DNA from: Antedon mediterranea
Lineage: Eukaryota; Animalia; Echinodermata
Reading direction: 5' to 3'
NCBI RefSeq assembly: GCF_964355755.1
Contig: NC_092670.1
Span: forward strand, 31,484,388-31,548,387
Length of the DNA stretch: 64,000 bases
Below the pieces are notes generated by a model. It did not search any database and was not told where the DNA came from. It worked only from the letters and a program-made list of their open reading frames with translations. The translations under genes and the position numbers were made by a program. Shown here one piece after another: positions 37,052-51,183 of the stretch. Numbering within the stretch: the first letter of the stretch is position 1; every line of letters begins with the position of its first letter.

Positions 37052-38593
37052 TGAAACCATTTAAAGCATCAGTTATTGCATACCATTCATATAAGAATAA
37101 GTTGTGTAGAGGTATGTTTTTTGTTTGAAACATTAGTAATTAATAGTATTTCTGATCATCTTTTCACCAAATTTTCTGTTAGAATGAATGTAAATATGTA
37201 TATTTCCAACAATTTGATACCAAATTTAAGTTTCTACGACCAGTACTTACAGAGATATTACGATGCCCTGGTATGTGGGTCAAAGGTCAGAAATGGCATT
37301 TCTGATCATTTTTCACTAAAATGTCTCATTAAACTTAATATGAATACATGCCTTCTCAACATTTTGAGACTAAAATTGACTTGCTGCGACCAGTGGTTGC
37401 CAAGATACAAGTGCCTATTTTTGTTTGTTCATTAAACCCTTGACCCTGACCCTTTGACCTTTTGTAACATTTTTCAAAATGTGCAACAAATAAATAAATG
37501 TATATTGCGAACATTTTAGGACCTAATTCAAGTGTCTACGACCAGTACTTACGGAGATACATACATGCCCTCTGTAGTGGGTCAAAGGTCAGAAATGGCA
37601 TTTCCGGTCATTTTTGACTAAATTTTCCCATTAGACTGAATATAAATGTATACCTTCCGATCAATTTGAGACCAACATTACTTTGCTGTGACCAGTGGTT
37701 GTCGAGATTTAAGGACCTATTGGTGTTTGGTATTATAACATTTCACCCTGACCTTTTGACCTTTCGCCACATTTTCAAAATGTGTAACCAAGCCAAAAAT
37801 GATTGTTTGACCATCCTAAACCAATTTCTGAAGTCAAATTCTCTGGACCTCAAAGTGCATACGAAAGTTGATCTAGCTACTAGAGTAATATAAATAATAG
37901 CATTTTCTTCTTTAATTTTTGTTTTAAACAATCAATACTAATGGTATATGTTGGTAGTAACAGAGAATCAGATGATTTCAACAAGCACCCGACCTAAACT
38001 TAGGCCTGATTGGATCTAAGTGCAGGGCGAAAGATCACTGTTCCTCCATCCTACAGATTAGGTTAAACATGCTAGCTCTCCCTTAATTAAGGCTCTAAAC
38101 TTTATCTTCTGTTCCTGTAAGAATATAATTTTATATAAAATATGAATTGATAATTTGAATAGTTTTGTTAAAATTCTCCAGAAGACGATCAATGGAGCAA
38201 TAATTCAATCAAATGATAAGATTTATTTCTTTCTATTAAATCAATTCAATCTTTTTTTTTGACATAAAACAAACTGCTAGTCTTGTTATATTCAATATGG
38301 CGGAAGACTCAACATTTAAACAATGGTATAATGTGTGTAATATTAAAAGCAGGAAAAAGCCTACATATCTAGTTTAGGTCAGGGCCTAGACACGATTAGC
38401 AATGCTATTATATTACATCCTATTATTAGATTTCAAGAAGTCGATCTCAAATCTCACGTGTCCAGCTACAAACCTCTTCTGATCCTCGTGAATTTCAAAG
38501 GCAAAATCGTTAAAGATCAAAGTCTTGCTATTGATGGAAATGTTATCAGCTGCTTTATTGTTATTTTTAAAGTTCATCTTTTTTGTCTATCGT

Positions 38594-39107
38594 GTCGTAT
38601 TTTGTAACAACTGTCGTTTTTTGTATACATGTCGTTTTTTGTATACCTGTCATGTTTTGTAACACCTGTCGTATTGTGCATGCACCTGTCGTATTTCGTA
38701 ACACTTGTCGTATTTTGTAACACTTGTCGTATTTTGTAACACCTGTCGTATTTTGTAACACCTGTCGTATATTGTAACACCTGTCGCATTTTGTAACACT
38801 TGTCGTATTCTGTAACACTTGTCATATTTTGAAACACTTGTCGTATTTTGAAACACTTGTCGTATTTTTGAACACTTGTCGTATTTTGTAACACCTGTCG
38901 TATTTTGTAACACCTGTCGTATGTTTGAACACCTGTCGTCGTATTTTGTAACAATTGTCGTATTTTGTAACACCTGTCGTATTTTGTAACACCTGTAGTA
39001 TTTTGTAACGCTTGTCGTATTTTTTAACACATGTCGTCGTATTTTGTAACAGCTGTCGTATTTTGTAACACCTATCGTATTTTGGAACACCTGTCGTATT
39101 TTGGAAC
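38594..39107. repeat. 19-bp minisatellite (further copies at 40758-41165, 48154-48667, 50318-50725)
   Basis: Same unit as 25603-26097. Confidence 0.95.
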
Positions 39108-40044
39108 ATTTTTTTGTTCTGTTTACTTTCTGTCTTTCTTTCTGTATTTTTCTGTTTTTTCATTTTTCTCTGTTTTCTTTTTTTTTCTTTGTTTTTCTTT
39201 TCAATTTTTTACTCAATAATTTATTTACGGTTTAATTCATTTATTTTAAGGAAGAATATATTATCAATAATGTGTCAGTATCTACAATACCTACACACTA
39301 AAATAAACACACAACTTTATTGCTATCCAATTGACGTGTATTTTATTTGGAAATAGTATTAAAACAAAAAAATATCCAAAACAATGATTGTTTCAAAAAA
39401 TATTTGTTTGATTAATCATAACATCTTTATACTCTTGTATTACTTCGTGTTCAAGGTCAAACTGGGCGACGCCATTTCACAGCATGGAGCAGCGCCCCCT
39501 CCAAACTAGGAAGTCAATTACTCTATCCCCCTAGAGTATTAGCAGATCCCCTCTATGATTTTGACTTTCTAATTTGATGCGGACGCCCTACTCCATGGCT
39601 CACAATGGCGCCACCCATTAGCTCTATTCTATCCCACAATGCCTTTCGAAATTGTTACGTGCTTCTGACGAACAGGAGATTCTTGTGTTATAAGTTCTTG
39701 GATGTAGTTTAAAATATGCTTTTGGATTCTTTCGTGTTTTTATTTTGATTTTTATCCTTTTTTATCATCATTTATGTTTAATATCGATGATGAATTTTTT
39801 CCAGCTGTCCTTACTGAAGATGTTAGTAATAGCGCAAGATGGTTTACTCAACTAACGTTTTATAGGCCTATGTTTTTAAATGGATACACCTGTGACGGTT
39901 TTTTGATAGACCCATGAACTATAGATACAGTAGTAGGCCTACTTACAAAAACGAAGAAATAGAAACGTAACGGTACAATAACAAGGTAAAGATTAAGTAC
40001 AACCCAGATTCAAATACATGTCTACAATATTATTAAAAACTTAC

Positions 40045-40114
40045 TACCTCCTCCTTCAACCAGAGTTGCACCGAACGTTAGGCAGGCCAGCACCAAAAAA
40101 ATGAATCGCGCCAT
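40045..40114 (-). pseudogene. Orphan lectin signal-peptide exon (CTLD exons deleted)
   Basis: Matches 28291-28360 with a GTAAGT donor. The segment equivalent to ~26762-27937 is missing (junction ~39713). Confidence 0.8.
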
Positions 40115-41623
40115 TTTGTAGATATGATATTGTAATTCTGCAGCAAGGAAGAAGTGTTGACAATAAGGCGTGTATTCGCTTATATAGACCTAAGTACAAA
40201 GAAGGTTGGGCCTATTTTACCCAATGAATAATTGATTCATACATAGCTAAAACAACTTGTAATACAAGAACCAACAGGGAAAAAGCACGTGTCAACACCT
40301 TTTTTAAAAAGGGAAAGACAGCGGAAAAGAGATATTGAGGCACTCCCTCAGTTGGGTAGGTCTACGGTAAAGACAATTCACCGTGTATTGCTATTATTCT
40401 ACATCCTATTAGTATTAACCATTTTAATTTCCTTTTATTAATATGTAGTTGAAATTTGATTTTGAAATGAATGAGGTAATAAAAAAAGAGAAAGAAAATT
40501 TACTGAGCACAAATTAGACCAATTAAAAATATTGTTTGGTAAAAATAAAATATTGTTTGGTAAAACTTTCAAGAATTATCCCGAAATTCAAACTTAGATT
40601 TCAAGAAGTCGATCTCAAATCTCACGTGTCCAGCTACAAACCTCTTCTGATCCTCGTGAATTTCAAAGGCAAAATCGTTCAAGATCAAAGTCTTGCTATT
40701 GATGGAAATGTTATCAGCTTTATTGTTATTTTTAAAGTTCATCTTTTTTGTCTATCGTGTCGTATTTTGTAACAACTGTCGTTTTTTGTATACATGTCGT
40801 TTTTTGTATACCTGTCATATTTTTTAACACTTGTCGTATTGTGCATGCACCTGTCGTATTTTGTAACACTTGTCGTATTTCGTAACACTTGTCGTATTTT
40901 GTAACACTTGTCGTATTTTGTAACACCTGTCGTATGTTGTAACACCTTTCGTATTTTGTAACACCTGTCGTATTTTGTAACACTTGTCGTATTTTGTAAC
41001 ACCTTTCGTATTTTGTATACCTGTCGTATTTCGTAACACCTGTCGTATTTCGTAACACATATCGTATTTCATAACACCTGTCCTATTTTGTAACACTTGT
41101 CGTATTTTGGAACACATGTCGTATTTTGGAACACATGTCGTATTTTGAAACACCTTTCGTATTTTGCCTATTGCCTTTTTTCTTTTTTTTTTCTCCTTGT
41201 CTCTCTGATTTTATCTGTCTTTCTTTCATTATGTTTTCTGTCTTTTCTCGTTCTGTATTTTTTTGGTTTGTTTCCTTTCTGTCTGCTTTTTCTTTTTTTT
41301 CTTTCTTTCTTTTTCTGTTTTTCATTTTTTCTGTTTTCTATTTTTTTGCTCATTATTTTATTTACGGTTTAATTCATTTATTTTAAGGAAGAATATATTA
41401 TCAATAGTGTTTCAATCTCTACAATACCTACACACTAAAATAAACACAAAACTTTATTGATATCCAATTAACGTGTATTTTATTTGGAAATAGTATTAAA
41501 AAAATATCCAAAAACAATGATTTTTTTCAACAAATATTTGTTTGATTAATCATAACATCTTTATACTCTTGTATTACTTCGTGTTCCTTCTTGTCACCAG
41601 TAAAAGAGCAATTACGGGTACGA

Positions 41624-43471
41624 CTCTGAAAATTAAAATACAAACGAATAAACTATAAGCTTCCGTACATGAATCTTGAGACCGAATTTAACCGAATTGA
41701 CGATTTTAAGATGAGTTTGTCGTATGATTTATGTTGCTGTTTCCAACAAGCCTACACGTGTGTAACATTTCCAGTTCGTTGGTTGATTGTGTATCACGTG
41801 ATGAAGTACACTATTATATTCTCCTCATTGTAATTCATAAACTTTCGTTATTTGCATAACTGCATAATTGCATACAATTAAATCGATAACATAATAGGGA
41901 AGTAACAATATAACCTAAACGCGTGACAACCTGATTAGAATAGACGTTCGTAATTAGAAAACTTTTTAGAGAAAAACATATTTTTTTAGATTTCATAACG
42001 GAACGAAAATAACCGAATTGAAAGAAACTTTTGAACAAATTGAAGAAATGAAAAGGTAGGAAACGAGTGATGGGATATTGTTCTATTTTTTTAAACTCTG
42101 TAAACTAAACTGATACAGTACTTACAATTTTGCCTTTTTTCACAGACATGACATAATCTTGTACTACATTCCCGATCAGTCCAGCATGAGCTGGATTTCA
42201 ACATTTCAACACAATTTTGGTTACCACCATAATTGTTTGGTTGACCACTTTGAAAATCTAAAAATAAATTTATAATCTATATAAATAATAATAATTGGAC
42301 CGTATTCGTTAGTGTACATTGAAGAGTATACAAAGTATTAGCAATATGCAGGAAACGATTCCGGTATGAATATCGGTTAATTGATTGACTGAGATGTCTG
42401 AAATATTTGAGACGGCGCAATCAAATGAAATAGGAACACTACAATATAATTATGGGAGATAATTTTATGAAAATCGTACCATCGTCTTCGTCTTAGACAC
42501 CTCACAAAATTACCCACCACAGCCAGGGTAATGTTGCTCTGCCCTCAGTAAATTACATTATAAACTCATTTATAGCATAGCTTCCATCACTTTTTTAAAA
42601 ATAATTCAGTCAATGTACCAAATCACAAATTATATTTGTGTAATACAATCACAAAATAAGGAAATAGTACTTACACTCGTATGATGAACATGAATTAGGA
42701 ACTCCGACCCAACTAAAATAACTGTCTTTACTTAATTTTTTCATTCCAATCCACGCACTTTTTGCAACAATAAGTTTACGAACGAAGCTGTTTTCTTGTT
42801 TATTATTGATGACAACAAGATCTGAGTTGAGTGCATTGCAATCAGATTGAGCTTGTTCCCAAGTCAAAGATTTGGCAAAGTATTTATAACACTTTGAACC
42901 ATATTGATGCCAACCATAAACGCAACCTAAAATACAAACAATATAGAATTGAGCATTTATTCATTAATCTACAGTAGTTAGATGAATACATAGGCAGATT
43001 CACCCAATCCACTTCAGTTCGACAAACATAACTGTATGCCTATATTTTTACAAATATTGAGCCATTGAACAGCTTTAACCACACTGACAATTCATTTTCA
43101 TACTAATTGTTAAAGTGCCATGCGAAGATGGTACATTTGTTAATTTCATCCATTCGAAAGAAAAATGCTTTTGGATTCTTTCGTGTTTTTATTTTGATAT
43201 AGTTTAATATGGATGATGACTTTTTTGCCAGCTGTCCTTACTGGAGATGTTTAATAGTAATACCGCAACATGGTTCACTTAACTAACGTTTTATAGGCCT
43301 ATGTTTTTAAATGGATACACCTGTGGAATAGAAAGGTAGCGGTACAATAACAACTTAAACAACACAGATTTAAATACATGTCTACAATAATATTAAAAAC
43401 TGACTACCTCCTTCAACCAGAGTTGCACCGAACGTTAGGCAGGCCAACACCAACAAAATGAATCGTGCCAT
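41624..43471 (-). CDS. Secreted C-type lectin (~150 aa); exons 43471-43405, 42926-42675, 42257-42126, stop at 41625-41624
   Basis: As 29894-31758, with two substitutions seen (CGY>CVY, SHC>SDC); GTCAGT first donor. Confidence 0.85.
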
Positions 43472-43907
43472 GTTGTAGATATGATATTGTAATTCAGCAG
43501 CAAGGAAGAAGTGTTGACAATAAGGCGTGTATTCGTTTATATAGACCTAAGTACAAAGAAGGTTGGGCCTATTTTACCCAATGAATACTTGATTCATATA
43601 TTCGTAGATAATAGTAGCTAGTTACTGAAAGAACCATAAGGAAAAAAAGCACGTGTCAACACCTTTTTTAAAAAGGGAAAGACAGCGGAAAAGAGATATT
43701 GAGGCACTCCCTCAGTTGGGTAGATCTACGGTAAAGGCAATTCATCGTGTATGATTATAAAAACAATTATACATATTCAGGGTAATTGGGTAAAACGTAA
43801 AATGGAGTAAAATGTGTCTTCGCTGTGAAATTTAAACATACAGTATGTTATGAATTGCATTAAAAACAAGGTTGGACGGGGAGGCAAGCCATTAGCAATA
43901 TAATAAT

Positions 43908-44991
43908 GGGGGTGTCACGAAACCTAAGACCACGAAAGCTAAGACCCCCTAAGACCTAAGATCACGAAAGCTAAGACCCAAGACCTAAGATTACAAATAT
44001 TTATCATTCGCACCTGCCTTGTATTTTAACTCCCAACATTTATTCTGAATACCACACCTTAGAATTGGCACTTTTATGAAAAAGAATCACATAAAAAGTA
44101 ACAAATACATTTTTAAATTAATGATTTTACAGACGTTTTTCTCGCACACAAACTGTTTGCGAATTTCGCATGACTAGCCTACAGTACAGTAGCAGTTGTA
44201 GGCCTACATGTTCAATGTTTTTGTTTCTATGGAACGTCAAAAGAGCAACAATTATATAGAGGGCTGAAAACTCTATGGAGTCCATCTACAGTGTGGATGG
44301 AACAATGTAAAATTAAAATTGTAATGATAATAGTATAATCATGCAAGTACGAAGAAATAAATACTGGCAAATAAATTTTAATTTAAAAATCATGATTTTT
44401 TTCGTTTTATTTCTGTTTTTATACTTGTACTATTATTGTTGCTCTTTTGGCGCTCCATAGAAACAAAAACATTGAGCCAGGGGGGGGGGAACTCGAGGAG
44501 TTACAATGTACAAAGAAACATGTCTGTAAAATCATCAATTTAAAGGATTTATTTATTTGTTTTTATGTGTTTCTCCGTCTGAAAGTACTTATAAATCCTA
44601 ATTTTAAAGTGTGGTATTCAGGATAAAGTTAGTCAACAAATTTGGAGTCAAAATACAAGAAAGGCAGGTGCGTAAGAAAAACATGCTCTGAACCAACACA
44701 TTGGAGTAAATATATACCCACAAACAACCCGTCAAGTTTGTTTGTTGTAAAGAAAAAATATACATTTACTCAACGGGCGAAAATAATGTGAGTTTATCTA
44801 TGTTTTGCGGTAGTATTAAATTATATTTATGGTAATAAATGAAACCTGAAGGGTTTAAAATTATGTATGGATAAACAAGTATTGTTTTTAAGCTGTAGTA
44901 TATCTTAGAATTTGTAATCTTAGGTCTTGGGTCTTAGCTTTCGTGATCTTAGGTCTTATGGGGTCTTAGCTTTCGTGGTCTTAGGTTTCGT
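43908..44991. mobile_element. Foldback-like TIR element (~1.1 kb) with nested internal inverted repeats
   Basis: ~80-bp TIRs built from CTAAGAC subunits; absent from the older copy at ~32193. Inner IR pairs at 44009-44060/44607-44672 and 44217-44253/44435-44471. Confidence 0.85.
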
Positions 44992-45492
44992 TTTTCAATA
45001 CAAATTAAAAACGATTAAAATACCATCTTTTGAACAAATTTTATTTTGAAAAAATACATAAAACAGTAAAGAAGGAACATGCACGGAAAATATAAACAAA
45101 CATTGTTTAATATAGTAAAATATAAACAATGATAATAACTTATAATAATATTAATCTTATTTCTGTAGATAATCCAAAAGTATGATTGCATAATAAAAAA
45201 GAGAGGTATACGACTATTGTTTCGCCAAACGAGGAGGAAATGTTCGAACTACCAATTTCGCTGGCGAAAAGTTGATTTCCATTAGTTACCTTTTTTGGCG
45301 GGAATCGAACAATAAACAAACTTTACACTACCCTTTTGTTTTTGTTAACAGTGAATAGTTGTGGTTTTTCGAACATGTGATTGCCATGCCAATCAAAAAG
45401 GAGCGATACTTTATTTCCTCAATTATTGTAACACTAAAGGTGGGCCTACGTAATAGAAAGAGGGTTCGGCAAATGAATATGCAAAACCAAAC

Positions 45493-47181
45493 GTGTATAC
45501 CCTAAATACCTCACGAACATAAACCAAGTGTGGACACCCTAAATACCCTACTGTGTATACCCTAAATACCCTACTGTGTATACCCTAAATATCCTACTGT
45601 GTATACCCTAAATACCCTACTGTGTATAACCTAAATATCCTACTGTGTATACTCTAAATACCCTACTGTGTATACCCTAAATACCCTACTGTGTATACCC
45701 TAAATATCCTACTGTGTATACCCTAAATACCCTACCGTGTATACCCTAAATACCCTACCGTGTATACCCTAAATACCCTACTGTGTATACCCTAAATATC
45801 CTACTGTGTATACCCTAAATACCCTACTGTGTATACCCTAAATATCCTACTGTGTATACTCTAAATATCCTACTGTGTATACCCTAAATACCCTACTGTG
45901 TATACCCTAAATATCCTACTGTGTATACCCTAAATACCCTACTGTGTATACCCTAAATATCCTACTGTGTATACCCTAAATACCCTACTGTGTATACCCT
46001 AAATACCCTACTGTGTATACCCTAAATACCCTACAGTGTATACCCTAAATACCCTACTGTGTATACCCTAAATACCCTACTGTGTATACCCTAAATACCC
46101 TACAGTGTATACCCTAAATATCCTACTGTGTATACCCTAAATATCCTACCGTGTATACCCTAAATACCCTACTGTGTATACCCTAAATACCCTACTGTGT
46201 ATACCCTAAATACCCTACTGTGTATACCCTAAATATCCTACTGTGTATACCCTAAATATTCTACTGTGTATACCCTAAATACCCTACTGTGTATACCCTA
46301 AATATCCTACTGTGTATACCCTAAATATCCTACAGTGTATACCCTAAATATCCTACTGTGTATACCCGAAATACCCTACTGTGTATACCCTAAATATCCT
46401 ACTGTGTATACCCTAAATATCCTACTGTGTATACCCTAAATACCCTACTGTGTATACCCTAAATACCCTACTGTGTATACCCTAAATATCCTACTGTGTA
46501 TACCCTAAATACCCTACTGTGTATACCCTAAATATCCTACTGTGTATACCCTAAATACCCTACTGTGTATACCCTAAATACCCTACTGTGTATACCCTAA
46601 ATATCCTACTGTGTATACCCTAAATATCCTACTGTGTATACCCCAAATATCCTACTGTGTATACCCTAAATATCCTACTGTGCACGAACATAAACCAAGT
46701 GTGTATACCCTAAATATTCAACTGTGTATACCCTAAATATCCTACTGTGTATACCCCAAATATCCTACTGTGTATACCCTAAATATCCTACTGTGTATAC
46801 CCTAAATATCCTACTGTGCACGAACAACCAAGTGTGTATACCCTAAATATCCTACTGTGTATACCCTAAATATCCTACCGTGTATACCCTAAATATCCTA
46901 CCGTGTATACCCTAAATATCCTACTGTGTATACCCTAAATATCCTACTGTGTATACCCTAAATACCCTACTGTGTATACCCTAAATATCCTACTGTGTAT
47001 ACCCTAAATATCCTACTGTGTATACCCTAAATATCCTACTGTGTATACCCTAAATATCCTACTGTGTATACCCTAAATATCCTACTGTGTATACCCTAAA
47101 TATCCTACTGTGTATACCCTAAATATCCTACTGTGTATACCCTAAATACCCTACTGTGTATACCCTAAATATCCTACTGTG
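45493..47181. repeat. 23-bp minisatellite, ~73 units
   Basis: Same unit as 32896-33719. Confidence 0.97.
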
Positions 47182-49604
47182 CAAAAACATTGTAACAAAT
47201 TGGTGGCAAGAAATAAGAACAATATCTTGTCAACCAGTTTTTAACAATTATATACATTTTTTTTAAAGAATTATATAATTATTAAAGGAATTATAGAATT
47301 AAAACAAAAATTTTTAATCAGTATAATAATCAAGCACATCTACACATGATTCATATCCTTTTTTTCTTACATATAAAAAGTTCTTTAAAATAATTAAATC
47401 TTTTATAAACTAGAACTTAAAAATCTTTTATATAAATAATAGCATTTTCTTCTTTAATTTTTGTTTTAAACAATCAATACTAATGGTATATGTTGGTAGT
47501 AACAGAGAATCAGATGATTTCAACAAGCACCCGACCTAAACTTAGGCCTACAGTAATTGTAGGCCTATATTGGATCAAAGCACAGGGCGAAAGATCATTG
47601 TTCCTCCATCCAACAGATTAGGTTAAACATGCTAGCTCTCCCTTAATTAAGGCTCTCAACTTTATCTTCTGTTCCTGTAAGAATATAATTTTATATGAAA
47701 TATGAATTGATAATTTGAATAGTTTTGTTAAAATTCTCCAGAAGACGATCAATGGAGCAATAATTCAATCAAATGATAAGATTTATTTCTTTCTATTAAA
47801 TCAATTCAATCTTTTTTTTTGACATAAAACAAACTGCTAGTCTTGTTATATTCAATATGGCGGAAGACTCAACATTTAAACAATGGTATAATGTGTGTAA
47901 TATTAAAAGCAGGAAAAAGCCTACATATCTAGTTTAGGTCAGGGCCTAGACACGATTAGCAATGCTATTATATTACATCCTATTATTAGATTTCAAGAAG
48001 TCGATCTCAAATCTCACGTGTCCAGCTACAAACCTCTTCTGATCCTCGTGAATTTCAAAGGCAAAATCGTTAAAGATCAAAGTCTTGCTATTGATGGAAA
48101 TGTTATCAGCTGCTTTATTGTTATTTTTAAAGTTCATCTTTTTTGTCTATCGTGTCGTATTTTGTAACAACTGTCGTTTTTTGTATACATGTCGTTTTTT
48201 GTATACCTGTCATGTTTTGTAACACCTGTCGTATTGTGCATGCACCTGTCGTATTTCGTAACACTTGTCGTATTTTGTAACACTTGTCGTATTTTGTAAC
48301 ACCTGTCGTATTTTGTAACACCTGTCGTATATTGTAACACCTGTCGCATTTTGTAACACTTGTCGTATTCTGTAACACTTGTCATATTTTGAAACACTTG
48401 TCGTATTTTGAAACACTTGTCGTATTTTTGAACACTTGTCGTATTTTGTAACACCTGTCGTATTTTGTAACACCTGTCGTATGTTTGAACACCTGTCGTC
48501 GTATTTTGTAACAATTGTCGTATTTTGTAACACCTGTCGTATTTTGTAACACCTGTAGTATTTTGTAACGCTTGTCGTATTTTTTAACACATGTCGTCGT
48601 ATTTTGTAACAGCTGTCGTATTTTGTAACACCTATCGTATTTTGGAACACCTGTCGTATTTTGGAACATTTTTTTGTTCTGTTTACTTTCTGTCTTTCTT
48701 TCTGTATTTTTCTGTTTTTTCATTTTTCTCTGTTTTCTTTTTTTTTCTTTGTTTTTCTTTTCAATTTTTTACTCATTAATTTATTTACGGTTTAATTCAT
48801 TTATTTTAAGGAAGAATATATTATCAATAATGTGTCAGTATCTACAATACCTACACACTAAAATAAACACACAACTTTATTGCTATCCAATTGACGTGTA
48901 TTTTATTTGGAAATAGTATTAAAACAAAAAAATATCCAAAACAATGATTGTTTCAAAAAATATTTGTTTGATTAATCATAACATCTTTATACTCTTGTAT
49001 TACTTCGTGTTCAAGGTCAAACTGGGCGACGCCATTTCACAGCATGGAGCAGCGCCCCCTCCAAACTAGGAAGTCAATTACTCTATCCCCCTAGAGTATT
49101 AGCAGATCCCCTCTATGATTTTGACTTTCTAATTTGATGCGGACGCCCTACTCCATGGCTCACAATGGCGCCACCCATTAGCTCTATTCTATCCCACAAT
49201 GCCTTTCGAAATTGTTACGTGCTTCTGACGAACAGGAGATTCTTGTGTTATAAGTTCTTGGATGTAGTTTAAAAAATGCTTTTGGATTCTTTCGTGTTTT
49301 TATTTTGATTTTTATCCTTTTTTATCATCATTTATGTTTAATATCGATGATGAATTTTTTCCAGCTGTCCTTACTGAAGATGTTAGTAATAGCGCAAGAT
49401 GGTTTACTCAACTAACGTTTTATAGGCCTATGTTTTTAAATGGATACACCTGTGACGGTTTTTTGATAGACCCATGAACTATAGATACAGTAGTAGGCCT
49501 ACTTACAAAAACGAAGAAATAGAAACGTAACGGTACAATAACAAGGTAAAGATTAAGTACAACCCAGATTCAAATACATGTCTACAATATTATTAAAAAC
49601 TTAC

Positions 49605-49674
49605 TACCTCCTCCTTCAACCAGAGTTGCACCGAACGTTAGGCAGGCCAGCACCAAAAAAATGAATCGCGCCAT
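49605..49674 (-). pseudogene. Orphan lectin signal-peptide exon
   Basis: Duplicate of 40045-40114 (+9560). Confidence 0.8.
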
Positions 49675-51183
49675 TTTGTAGATATGATATTGTAATTCTG
49701 CAGCAAGGAAGAAGTGTTGACAATAAGGCGTGTATTCGCTTATATAGACCTAAGTACAAAGAAGGTTGGGCCTATTTTACCCAATGAATAATTGATTCAT
49801 ACATAGCTAAAACAACTTGTAATACAAGAACCAACAGGGAAAAAGCACGTGTCAACACCTTTTTTAAAAAGGGAAAGACAGCGGAAAAGAGATATTGAGG
49901 CACTCCCTCAGTTGGGTAGGTCTACGGTAAAGACAATTCACCGTGTATTGCTATTATTCTACATCCTATTAGTATTAACCATTTTAATTTCCTTTTATTA
50001 ATATGTAGTTGAAATTTGATTTTGAAATGAATGAGGTAATAAAAAAAGAGAAAGAAAATTTACTGAGCACAAATTAGACCAATTAAAAATATTGTTTGGT
50101 AAAAATAAAATATTGTTTGGTAAAACTTTCAAGAATTATCCCGAAATTCAAACTTAGATTTCAAGAAGTCGATCTCAAATCTCACGTGTCCAGCTACAAA
50201 CCTCTTCTGATCCTCGTGAATTTCAAAGGCAAAATCGTTCAAGATCAAAGTCTTGCTATTGATGGAAATGTTATCAGCTTTATTGTTATTTTTAAAGTTC
50301 ATCTTTTTTGTCTATCGTGTCGTATTTTGTAACAACTGTCGTTTTTTGTATACATGTCGTTTTTTGTATACCTGTCATATTTTTTAACACTTGTCGTATT
50401 GTGCATGCACCTGTCGTATTTTGTAACACTTGTCGTATTTCGTAACACTTGTCGTATTTTGTAACACTTGTCGTATTTTGTAACACCTGTCGTATGTTGT
50501 AACACCTTTCGTATTTTGTAACACCTGTCGTATTTTGTAACACTTGTCGTATTTTGTAACACCTTTCGTATTTTGTATACCTGTCGTATTTCGTAACACC
50601 TGTCGTATTTCGTAACACATATCGTATTTCATAACACCTGTCCTATTTTGTAACACTTGTCGTATTTTGGAACACATGTCGTATTTTGGAACACATGTCG
50701 TATTTTGAAACACCTTTCGTATTTTGCCTATTGCCTTTTTTCTTTTTTTTTTCTCCTTGTCTCTCTGATTTTATCTGTCTTTCTTTCATTATGTTTTCTG
50801 TCTTTTCTCGTTCTGTATTTTTTTGGTTTGTTTCCTTTCTGTCTGCTTTTTCTTTTTTTTCTTTCTTTCTTTTTCTGTTTTTCATTTTTTCTGTTTTCTA
50901 TTTTTTTGCTCATTATTTTATTTACGGTTTAATTCATTTATTTTAAGGAAGAATATATTATCAATAGTGTTTCAATCTCTACAATACCTACACACTAAAA
51001 TAAACACAAAACTTTATTGATATCCAATTAACGTGTATTTTATTTGGAAATAGTATTAAAAAAATATCCAAAAACAATGATTTTTTTCAACAAATATTTG
51101 TTTGATTAATCATAACATCTTTATACTCTTGTATTACTTCGTGTTCCTTCTTGTCACCAGTAAAAGAGCAATTACGGGTACGA

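Larger units (their letters stand above)
33728..37232. repeat. Diverged inverted duplication: 33728-34130 vs 35263-35460 + 37052-37232 (right arm split by a Helitron)
   Basis: AACTTAAATTTGGTATCAAATTGTTGGAAATATA (33731) is the reverse complement of 37199-37232; CCTTTACTGTTTGTAATTGTA...CCTAATAAACGCCCCGG matches the reverse complement of 35282-35440. Confidence 0.85.
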
